Below are positions 25,099 through 35,299 of a stretch of 37,502 nt of DNA, piece after piece. Below the pieces are notes generated by a model. It was not told the origin of the DNA. It saw only the letters and a list, made by a program, of their open reading frames with translations, and searched no databases. The stretch's first letter is position 1. Every line of letters starts with the position of its first letter. Where the stretch lies: NCBI RefSeq assembly GCF_001194135.2, contig NC_068986.1:73227661-73265162 (forward strand). Direction: 5' to 3'. The position numbers and the translations under genes are program-made. The DNA comes from Octopus bimaculoides (taxonomy: Eukaryota).

Positions 25099-25652
25099 GA
25101 GCGAGAGAGCAGTACATGCCATCAAAGTGACACTGGGGTAAAATAAACGAAGCCCAATATACCCATCATGACTACCCGTCTGATAAGGGTACACTAGGCA
25201 CATGCACCACAACCATATGTCTGCGACATGGTTTGTCTCATATCAAGATAATCATCGCATGACCTTGCTAGTGGGGCCCAGTTAGAATTTTCTTCAGGTC
25301 GAGTAGCCCATCCCGCTCAAAAGGTCCCTGAATAAGGGTTGTTTAAGGATGTTGCACGAAATACCCATGTTTTCAAAGGTGAATTATCCAAACGCCAAAG
25401 GATTCCTCTTAACACATGGCTATGATGCTCCCTCACTACTTCTGCTCGTGATCAGAGATGCACATCTCGTCAGCTACTAAGAGACATGCTCAACTGGCTA
25501 AGGTCAAACAACTGACAAGCAAATCTGTGGTATTAAGCAGAATATTTGCTGTAGCCCATCTTTTATACCAAGACAAAACAATGTACGTGATAACACTTCC
25601 AATCAGTTAAGATCAGAAGCTATGAGAGCCACTGCTTGGTACTGCATCAAGG
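25099..25652. mobile_element. ~550-bp non-coding interspersed repeat flanked by (TTA)n (copy 2)
   Basis: Homologous to 16790-17284, with (ATT)n at 25084-25098 and 25656-25673. Confidence 0.8.
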
Positions 25653-25673
25653 TATATTATTATTATTATTATT

Positions 25674-26185
25674 GTTCAGTAGTTTTATTTTTATAGCGTG
25701 CTTTCACTTCACTACCGAGCGCAGCTCTGTGTGCCTTGGGTATGTGCTGTGGTTTGCTGTGGTGCTCTTATGGTTACTGTATTGAAAGTGTTTTGCGTAG
25801 GATGTGTGCAGTGCCCAGTAGTGCAATTTTCTGTATGTTATATATATTTGTAAGTCCTGGTGTTTTTGTTATGTATTTGTCTGAATATTTTTTATTATAC
25901 CTAAGGCACCTACTATGATAGGAATTGTTTCTGTTTTTAGATTCCACATTCGAGTTACCTCTATTTCCAGGTCTTTGTATTTTGAAAGTTTTTCCATTTC
26001 TTTTAGGGAAACGTTGTCATCTGCTGGTATTGATACATCAATTAGAAAGCATTTTTTTTCTTCATGATCTTTGACAACTATATCTGGTCTATTTGCCTTA
26101 ATTTCTCTATCTGTGTGTATTGGCATATCCCAAAGTATGGTTGCTTTCTCGTTTTCTGTGACCTTTTCTGGCGTGTGTTTATACC
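25674..26185 (-). mobile_element. 5'-truncated R4/Dong-type 3' end, family A/B (copy B)
   Basis: LWDMPIHTDREIKANRPDIVVKD..CFLIDVSIPADDNVSLKEMEKLSKYKDL..IPIIVGALG (RLE). (TTA)n at both ends (25656-25673 and 26186-26220). Confidence 0.9.
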
Positions 26186-26188
26186 TTA

Positions 26189-26220
<32 letters not shown>

Positions 26221-26941
26221 CCCTCCGGAATACGTAAAACGTTTTTCCGAACATGCTTCGTAAGTTATGCTTTAAACTGTGTTTTTCACCCTGTCTTTAC
26301 AAAATAAATGTTATAAATTTTTATCATAAACTAATAATAAGAACACCAGGAACCTTTGGGCAGGTGTTCGGTGGTTGTTTCTGCCCCGTAAGGGGTAGTA
26401 TTTATTCATTTAATTATCTATTGCACTCAGAAAACACCCATCTTGTGCAAAATACACAAGATGGCGTCGTCATCATCACCATTACCATCGGCATCAGCGA
26501 CCATCATGGGAGCGTTGAGTAAGAAAGCCGTTCTTCCTCCCCCAATAGAAGATACCTCCCCACCTCATATCACTCACTCCTAGCGACAACAACAACAACA
26601 ACAGCAGCCTAAGCAATGTGAAAGCTCCCAAACCAAGACTCCATCTCCCCTCTCTTAAGCACACACTCACACAGTGACGCTCACACAAATACAGACTCAC
26701 ACACGCCGAGACTGATTCCACAGACACTGGTGCCTCCACATTGCGCAGCGAAGACGAGGAAGAGCCACAAAAAGCAAAAAAAATAAACAAAAAACAACCC
26801 CAAAAGACAACTCAAAAGAAAAAAGTACCTGGCCTCGCACTAACAATAGAATGTTCCAGAACAAAGGCAACAGACATATCTAAAACAACGCCAGCCCCAC
26901 CATTGCTGGCCTTGTGCCAAAATTTGAAACAATTATCATAA

Positions 26942-27155
26942 GGACAGTGAGTTCGTAGAATCATTAGAATGCCGGACAAAAATGCTTAGTGTCATTCCCT
27001 TCGGCTATTAACATTTCGAGTTCAAATCCTGCTGACGTCAACTTCGCCTTTCAGCGCTCTGGAGGCGATAAGATAAAGTACCAGTTAAATACTGGAATCG
27101 ATGTAATCATCTAAGCATTTCGAAACTGTTGGCCTTGTGCATTAATCAGAAGCCT
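26942..27155 (+). mobile_element. Degenerate S1 SINE
   Basis: GAGTTCAAATCC B box, AAGTACCAGTT and GGCCTTGTGC tail. Preceded by another S1 tail at ~26895-26935. Confidence 0.65.
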
Positions 27156-27167
27156 TTATTTTAAAAA

Positions 27168-27365
27168 AGCGTCGAGCTGGCAGAATCCTTGGATAAAATG
27201 CTAAGCAACATTTCTTCTGGCTTTTTACGTTCTGAGTTCAAATGCCACCGGGATCCACTTTGCGTTCTCCCTTTCGGCATCGATAACAACAGTGCCAGCT
27301 GAGTACTGAAGCTGACCTCCTCCCACTAAAATTGCTTGTCTTGTGCCAAAATTGGAAACAATTAA
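27168..27365 (+). mobile_element. Degenerate S1 SINE
   Basis: GCGTCGAGCTGGCAGAATC..TTACGTTCTGAGTTCAAATGCC..CTTGTGCCAAAATTGGAAAC. Confidence 0.7.
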
Positions 27366-28721
27366 CATTATTGCGTTGTTTTTGTCGGCTTGAACGGACG
27401 TGTTTTTTTCTCGGTCTTTCTGTTGATATTTGGAGTACGAGTTGTTTTTTCCAGGAATTTTGTTGCACAACTTTGGATTTATTAATTGTTTTTGTCACGT
27501 AGCAGATATTTACAAGTCAAGTTGTTTTATTTCATTGAATTTACCAAAAAAGACGAAAAAGAAAAACCTCTTTTTGTTGGACATTTGCTCGACTTCATTC
27601 ACAATGGCGTCGAGCAACGCCTCCTCAAGCAAGAATGAAAATAGAATTTCTGCCTCTGCCATGCTAAATAATAACAAATCTAATTTGTCAAAGTTTTCCC
27701 CTGTCATAAACAGGGAAAGTTTTTGCATTTTCAGAAAAGAAACATTTTTTTTTTTTTTTTGAATGTTGAGACATTTTTTTCGGCGACGATACAAATGACA
27801 ACAACAAATGTCGTCGTTAATACATGGAGTTAGTGTTGCCTAAGTTGCCTCCAGTATTTCAATAACCGATATGCAAAAGATAAGACTGAAACGCAGCTGT
27901 GGAAAAATTATATTGACAAGAACATTATCTCTTTGCTCGAGAAATACACTGAAAAACGAGCAAGGAGAAATTTCATATACCTTTGTCTCACAAAAGGATT
28001 TCCATTCCCCACAAAACAAAAATTAAAGACACGTGGGCCAATATTATTGATATTGAAAAAGGAAAGCCTACAGTATTGTCTGTTTGACTTTCAGAACAGA
28101 AGACGAGTCCCGTAAACAAGCAGAGAATGGGTCCGAAACACCGGCTTATAAGCTTGTGTGTTTGTACATGAAGCAGCGTAACACAGAATAAACAGTGAGA
28201 GGTATAGCGAGCGACATTAAATCCTGGTTAGTCGTTGCTTTTGTAAAGTAATATGAACGAGTGGTGAGTGTATAAAAAAAAAAAAATTATAGGTGGCTGG
28301 AAGACGGCTAGCTGGCAGAATCTTCTGTCACTTCTCGTCCTAGGTTACAAATACTTTTACGGTACTTTCTATCAGTACGAGTTGGCAGATGAGGTTATGT
28401 AACAGAGGTAGAAAATAGTGAAGCATTCCTTCTAATAGCTGTACTCCATCCAATTGCGAGGATGGGGAGGAACTGCATCCTTAAAAAGAACGGAAGACAG
28501 TAGAAAAGAGAAGGAAATGAAATACGAGACAAAATATCCCAAACTGGCAGACACGTGGTTTCAAAAACTTAACGAATGCGTTAACACACGATACGAAAAC
28601 TTTCTTCCAAGAGGTTAGTGTCATTTTGTTTTTTAAGCTTTTTTATACATATATAATTTATCATTTTTGTTTTTAAAAATCTGTCTCCAAACACGCAATC
28701 TAATATATAATGTGTGTGTAC

Positions 28722-28935
28722 AAAGGCGGCGATCTAGCAAAATCGTTATCACTCCGGGCAAAATGCTTAGTGGCATTTCGACCATCTTTACGTTCTGAAT
28801 TCAAATTCCGCCGAGATCGACTTTCATCCTTTCGAGGTCGATAAAATAAGTACCAGTTGAGCACTGGACTGGGGTCGATGTAATGTACTTATCTCGTCGC
28901 CCGAAGGTGCTGACCTGTTCCAAAATTTGAAACCA
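28722..28935 (+). mobile_element. S1 SINE
   Basis: AAGGCGGCGATCT..TTACGTTCTGAATTCAAATTCC..TTTCATCCTTTCGAGGTCGATAAAATAAGTACCAGTT. Confidence 0.8.
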
Positions 28936-29638
28936 ATATATACGCGTGTGAACATGTGTCCATACATACGGACAGACAAACAGCAGGCATCTGCTGAACG
29001 GAGTTAAACAGGAATCACTACGTTGCAAAGCGAATTTGTTAAAAACTCACCGACGCCTATAACCCGTATAGCTACTTTCTGAAACATATTCGTGTTTAGT
29101 CTCAGTAACATTGTGCTGGTGTTTTCTCAGAAGCAATAGTGTTGTGTATCAAGTCAGTTGAATCAATCAAAATAAAATGAGATTTCCGATATGGTAAAGA
29201 CTGTAATTCTAAAGAACTGACTTAATTCAATACACAGTGTAAATTCTTAACATCTCAACTCTCACCTACACAACTTTATAATAGCTAGATACTGCTATAT
29301 CAATCACTAAGACGCTATTATTATTATTGCCATGGATAATTATGTTATTTGTTGTATGTAAGCTTGTAATTCATCTACAAAACTTTACTTTTGTATTGCC
29401 ATAATCGAAGAAGTTCGTTCGTAGAAGTTCTCTTAAACTAAGTTAAAAAGCTGTAATTTGTCAGTCAGTACTTCATATGGCAATTTTACTAAATGATTAT
29501 ATATTTGCGTATACTTAATAGTGATTGAGAGAATGGACAACGAGATAGTATATATTGTTGTTTAGCCCTAGGTCTATTGCGATCAAGTAGACCTTTGATC
29601 AGAGGTATTCCAGTCGTGTCTATTCTGTTATTTGAACT

Positions 29639-29789
29639 TAGACACGGGCAATCTTTTTCTAAAACGGGTCGCATGAGCATAGTTAATTAGGCGGGTTGCA
29701 CTACAAAAAATAAGATAAATAAATAAATGATAAATAAATAAAAAAATCAAGATAATTTTTCATTAGACGCACCATTCAGAAAATCCCGC
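29639..29789. mobile_element. Old hAT MITE 'A', left part (right part now at 31316-31346, inverted)
   Basis: TAGACACGGGCAATCT..GGGTCGCATGAG is a Charlie-like end. The matching end CTGCCCTGGGCAAACTAC is at 31316. Confidence 0.65.
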
Positions 29790-30342
29790 GGATCTTTTTT
29801 AAAACGGGGGCCACATTTTTCATTAATGTTTTACGTAGTGTTTTTGGTACCGAAAGACTTTCAAACTTCGTATACTTATCTATTTTGTGTTATAGAACAG
29901 AAAAATATTTTTGTATTCGAATTTATTTCATGTAAAAAATTGTCTTATTTCGATAATTTCAACCAATCACTGACAAGTATTCAGTTGTTTATATTTACTC
30001 CTTTGGCTGATTAAGCGGTGTAAAGCGTATTTAATTTCCATAGCTTCGTTTTGCTTTTTTCTTTTTAAATTTGCTGTTTAACCCTAACCCTATCACCGAT
30101 AGAATTGTTTCAGAATCGTTTGTTTATGTAGTCGGCACTTAATGTATATCGGCTGAATGGACGTCAGTGATTGGTTGAAATTACAGAAATACGACAACTT
30201 TAACATGGAATAACTTAGGGATTTCTTTTTTTTTAAAGAAGACTAAGAGAAAAAGATGTTTTATATGACACATTTTACCAGTGTTCCAAGTTTCAAAGTG
30301 TTTCGTTAATGAAAAATGTGGCTCCCGTTTTAAAAAAGATCC
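29790..30342 (+). mobile_element. Young MITE with GG termini, ~37-bp TIR and internal TAACCC repeats (copy 1)
   Basis: GGATCTTTTTTAAAACGGGGGCCACATTTTTCATTAA at the left end and its reverse complement (1 mismatch) at the right end. About 99% identical to the reverse complement of 31347-31917. Strand is assigned only relative to copy 2. Confidence 0.92.
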
Positions 30343-30402
30343 AATTTTTATTTTAGGTGTGCCATTCATAAAGTCCCGTGAGCCGCAGTTTTCCCGTGGC
30401 TG
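30343..30402. mobile_element. Old hAT MITE 'B', displaced half
   Basis: Ends GCCGCAGTTTTCCCGTGGCTG (hAT-type end). The partner half is 31918-32015. Confidence 0.65.
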
Positions 30403-31315
30403 ATGTAGAATATTAGATAGAAAAAGAGATAGCCAGATACATCGACTGTAACCTTTCCGTTATAAGCTGAAACTTAATATAGAAACTAGTTTGTAAATTT
30501 AAAGTTTCTTTAACATTGTCAAATTAAATAGTTTCCAAATGTCGTTTCGTCTGGACAATTACAGAAAGCTGACATCTGGAAGAGTCGACTAGAGAGTCTA
30601 TTTCCGTGAAAGGAATCAGGATAACTACATCTAAAAGGAATGAAAGAAAACAATTGTGTGAAGACAGTGAAATTGGTGTTTAACATTTTCTTTCAAATCC
30701 ACTTACGTTTTTATGCCATCAAAATCTCATTAAAATAGTAAAACTATTATTACTACCATTAAACGATTTGCAACAGAGGCGATAATATAGTTCAATATAT
30801 AATATACGTGTAGCATTGAACAGAATACAATTAGGTTTAATTGATTACAACATGAAAAATTTATTGAAGTCCCACTTTAACCAATCAGACATTCCAACTT
30901 AAAAATAACGGTACAATTTAAGGTTGTGTTTATTAATGTTACACTCAACCTTTGAGACTCACGAGAAACCCCTGCTGCGTACAATTGTAGAATATGATGG
31001 CAAAAGTAAAGCAGTAAATCAATTATTAGTACAACAGCAAATAATGATTTGTTCTCGCTAGAAATTCGGTTACATACTCAATATTTGAAGTCAAGACAGT
31101 ATTTAAACTGGACAGACAACCGAGAGAAATAAGCAATTACACAATTATGCTTTTACAAAACCATTATTTTCTTCCGCTGACTGTAATGGAGGTAAAGAAA
31201 ATTCCACTATGTGGTCACTTGATCTACTAGAAATAGCAGTCAAATCTCTCTCAAATATCATATGAAGATGGAAATATGGAAATATTAAAACAATGAAGTC
31301 CTTCTTAACCTTTAA

Positions 31316-31346
31316 CTGCCCTGGGCAAACTACTGTCCGCGGAATT
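31316..31346. mobile_element. Old hAT MITE 'A', displaced right end
   Basis: The reverse complement AATTCCGCGGACAGTAGTTTGCCCAGGGCAG continues 29789 colinearly with the equivalent end of MITE B. Confidence 0.6.
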
Positions 31347-31917
31347 GGATCTTTTTTAAAACGGGGGCCACATTTTTCATTAACGAAACACTTTGAAACT
31401 TGGAACACTGGTAGAATGTGTCATATAAAACATCTTTTTCTCTTAGTCTTCTTAAAAAAAAAAGAAATCCCTAAGTTATTCCATGTTAAAGTTGTCGTAT
31501 TTCTGTAATTTAAACCAATCACTGACGTTCATTCAGCCGATATACATTAAGTGCCGACTACATAAACAAACGATTCTGAAACAATTCTATCGGTGATAGG
31601 GTAAGGGTTAGGTTTAGGGTTAGGGTAAAACAGCAAATTTAAAAAGAAAAAAGAAAAACGAAGCTATGGAAATTAAATACGCTTTACACCGCTTAATCAG
31701 CCAAAGGAGTAAATATAAACAACTGAATACTTGTCAGTGATTGGTTGAAATTATCGAAATAAGACAATTTTTTACATGAAATAAATTCGAATACAAAAAT
31801 ATTTTTCTGTTCTATAACACAAAATAGATAAGTATACGAAGTTTGAAAGTCTTTCGGTACCAAAAACACTACGTAAAACATTAATGAAAAATGTGGCCCC
31901 CGTTTTAAAAAAGATCC
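31347..31917 (-). mobile_element. Young MITE with GG termini (copy 2, inverted)
   Basis: Same TIRs as copy 1. The ORF track shows identical peptides at 29826-30014(+) and 31693-31881(-). It has a longer TTAGGG-like tract at ~31597-31626. Confidence 0.92.
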
Positions 31918-32015
31918 TAAAAATTACCTCGAATTTTTATTTTAGTAGTCCAGCCTGGCTGATTATGAACCATGCCTCATGCGGCCCGCTTCATGGAAAA
32001 GGTTGCCCGTACCTG
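31918..32015. mobile_element. Old hAT MITE 'B', outer half
   Basis: Ends CTCATGCGGCCC..AAAAGGTTGCCCGTACCTG. The reverse complement aligns with 29639-29720. Confidence 0.7.
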
Positions 32016-33277
32016 CTCTAAATTATCACCTTCAGATATTTCGGTGAGATTGGAATTCACTACTATAGCATTGTTGTGGACTTTTTCATTGTTTTCTTCG
32101 TATAGTCAATAGTTGTTGTTGATAGGGTTAGATGGGATGTCAATGACAGAAGTAACAGAACCATCTATGCCAAAATGTGTGACTTGTGCCAGTTCCGATC
32201 TTAATAAACTGTTATGATTTTTGGATTCAGTAAAAACTTCACACTTTTTGAAAACAGAAGCACGTTATTGGACGTCCCTGTTTCTTTGCTAAAACTCTTC
32301 CGAGTATTTTGATGTCGGAATTGTTAAGAAAAAGGTTCAGGTTTCTCTGAGTTTTGAAGATCAAGCTCGCTGTTGCTGCTGTTAGTCTCTATTCTAATTA
32401 CGTCACACGCAACTTTCTCCTGTCACAATGACATTACTAGAGTGTGTGCTGCTCGGAGCAGCCCTTAAGTTTGCTGCTCTCGCCCCTATACAAGCTTATA
32501 CAGTAACTCAATAGTGTCTGTTGTCAACTCTCAAACGATCTTTGTAGATTAGACCGTTTGAAAGTTGGCAACAGACTCAACGTAGTTGCTAGGGGCAGAA
32601 TACTAGTCTCCAGTCATTCAGTTGCCCAATATCTTATCGACATGGTATTCCACACTTGCTTATTTTTACTTTGGAATTATTGTTACTTTTGTCATTGTCT
32701 TTTGTTGTTTCCCTGTTGTTGTTCATTTTGCTGCTGTTATAGCAGTTACTGCCGCTTCTGTAGTTGCTTCGGTTATAGAAATTTCTGTGGTCCTGTTCAC
32801 TCCAGGAATTTCCTTCTGTATCACATTGGTAAAAGCAGAATAAACAAGACTACATCAACCTCCACCCTACCATCAGGTTTGTTGGATTTAGAATTACACT
32901 ATACAATATCTTCTTCCTTTTTCAAGATAGTAAGATATTATTTGAGAGACATTTGGTTGCTGTTTTTATCGGGTCAAAACCGCGCGACAGTTCCTTCGTT
33001 GGTTTGAAATTGCCATTTTGTGTTTGCTGCCGCCATGATTAAGTCTTGTCTTCAGAGTTGTTATTGGTGTTGACGATAACATCAGAGTCAATCACTGTAG
33101 AACTGTATGTTGTGACCCAAACATATATAGAAAATACAGCAGCAATATCCCCATTCCTGAATCTCCCACTGAGCAACAGGATCGGAAAGGGTTATCCAAT
33201 ACCAAACAATTTTATTGGCATTTCTGTCATAAACCAGAAAGAAACGCATTATTTGTGATGTTCTTATATTGTCTATT

Positions 33278-33663
33278 GTGGAGGCGCAATGGCCCAGTGG
33301 TTAGGGCAGCGGATTTGCGGTCATAGGATCGCGGTTTCGATTCTCAGACCGGGCGTTGTAAGTGTTTATTGAGCGAAAACACCTAAAGCTCCACGAGGCT
33401 CCGGCAGGGGATGGTGGCGAACCCTGCTGTACTCTTTCACCACAACTTTCTCTCACTCATACTTCCTGTTTCTGTTGTGCCTGTAATTCAAAGGGTCAGC
33501 CTTGTCACACTGTGTCACGCTGAATATCCCCGGGAACTACGTTAAGGGTACACGTGTCTGTGGAGCGCTCAGCCACTAGCACGTTAATTTCACGAGCAGG
33601 CTGTTCCGTTGATCGGATCAACTGGAACCCTCGACGTCGTAAGCGACGGAGTGCCAACAACAC
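33278..33663 (+). mobile_element. Full-length tRNA-derived SINE (group S2, tail type A) with 11-bp TSD
   Basis: A box TGGCCCAGTGG and B-box-like GTTTCGATTCT. TSD TATTGTCTATT at 33267-33277 and 33664-33674. Confidence 0.92.
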
Positions 33664-34753
33664 TATTGTCTATTAAAAAGAGACGATCAACCGTTGCTGG
33701 AGCACCTTTGATCAGAGGTAACGTGGTTAAATAATCACAATATACAATATATCGTAAACAGTTACAACTATTTAAATTGAAGTTGATTAGATTCGTTTAC
33801 AAATTCAAACGACTTCGAATTTTCGCATGTAGTCATAAAAGTTGGTTCTTTTCGGTTTGGAACCTTCAATGTAGAAATTCTTTCTATCCATGTTAAAAAA
33901 ATGTCCGAAATATTGAAGAGAGATTAAATGTAAACATATTTAGTTTTCATTCTATTTAGTAAAACATTGTTATGTCATTAAATGAACATTTATTTGAAGA
34001 GTTAGTTCTCTAAAACTTTCTAGTCTTAATATCAGAACAACTCCTGTTGCAATAGATACTTCGAGTACAGATATTATAGCAAATGTTTATACGTAGGATG
34101 TTTAGCTATAATTTATTCTTTATTTCTTTTTCTTGAGATCAAATTTTTAAGTAAATATGTACAGCTAGTAGTTTTTAAATATCATTTACACATTTATATA
34201 TTTAATTTGTTTTCTTTTAAATAAATGTCCTATTATTGTTTTTCTAATTTCACTGCTCGCAAAAATTTTGAGGAAGTCGGATGTTATAAACGATGCCGTA
34301 ATAGCGCCACCTATTTTCTACTGAATAAAGATTTACACCTTGTATTAAGTAACATAAGCGGTTATTGTGTTTAGTTATCCAAGCGAAATTTCGTCTTTTA
34401 TGGTCATTCCTGTATTATAATTACGACAGAAGCAAAAGGTTAATTATTGTATTCAGAACATTTTGAAGATTAGTTATGTGTTAAACAAGTTGAAAGTATA
34501 TGAAAGCCATAGTTGTTTACTCTAAAAGCTCTATTTCTTTCTTGTGTTTGAATCACCTGCTCAATGTAAATACATTAATATTTGAAAAATATTTACTCTT
34601 TCGTTACATTCTTCAGCATTTTTCATGAAAAATTGTTATGTATACAAGAAATTTAGTCAAAAATTTACATATTATGGGAATTTTTCCCCATCTAAAAAAT
34701 ATGGCTTCCGAAGAAAACACAAACTTGCTTTTGTTTTTTTTGGGTATCCCTTG

Positions 34754-34793
<40 letters not shown>

Positions 34794-35299
34794 CGTGTGC
34801 GTGCGTGCGTGTAGTATTTCTCCTTAATGTGATATCAACATTAAATAAACTTGAGTGTGTTTGTTATTAAAACTTGTTCACCATCACTTATCAGGCGATG
34901 TCTGGTACTTAATTTCTATATCTTTTAGCGAGCAGAATCGATACAGAATTACACCTAAGAATTATCAGTTCATATATGGCGAGGCCCATGTAACCGTGGC
35001 TAAAGTAATACAAACTGGTCCAATACACTAAGCTGTGAATGCGTTCTTAGTAATCACACAACACAGAGTTCACACCATAAGTAGCTGGACTACACCATCA
35101 AGTGACATTGACTAATAATTCTTAGTTGAATATTCCTTCAGCCAAAAGCCATCATAGAGAGGGATCTTAAAGAGAAAAAAACGCGACTACTGACGACATC
35201 ACCATTAAAACACTGTAATGCTTCAAGATGAATAACCCGGTTGGCGAACACACACATACAATACTCCACACGTACTCAAGCACCCCCCCACACACATTT

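Noticed and set aside
26520-26870. Q/S/T/K-rich coding-like stretch (ORF 26741-26941)
   Set aside because: Low complexity with stops in each frame and no diagnostic motif. It may be a LINE ORF1 remnant, but this cannot be supported.
29591-29607. 17-bp near-palindrome ACCTTTGATCAGAGGTA, also at 33704-33720
   Set aside because: Most likely fragments of a common interspersed repeat; there is no evidence for a regulatory site.
31597-31626. TTAGGG repeats as a telomere or chromosome-fusion scar
   Set aside because: Only a few units, located at the same internal position in each MITE copy.
29639-32015. A single 2.4-kb composite hAT transposon bounded by the outer TIR-like ends
   Set aside because: The outer flanks give only 4/8 TSD identity, and internal hAT ends at 30402 and 31316 show two separate small elements.
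33283-33350. tRNA-like sequences (also 4951-5010 and 7505-7575)
   Set aside because: No complete acceptor stem. They continue into SINE bodies, one with a clear TSD, so they are SINE heads rather than tRNA genes.
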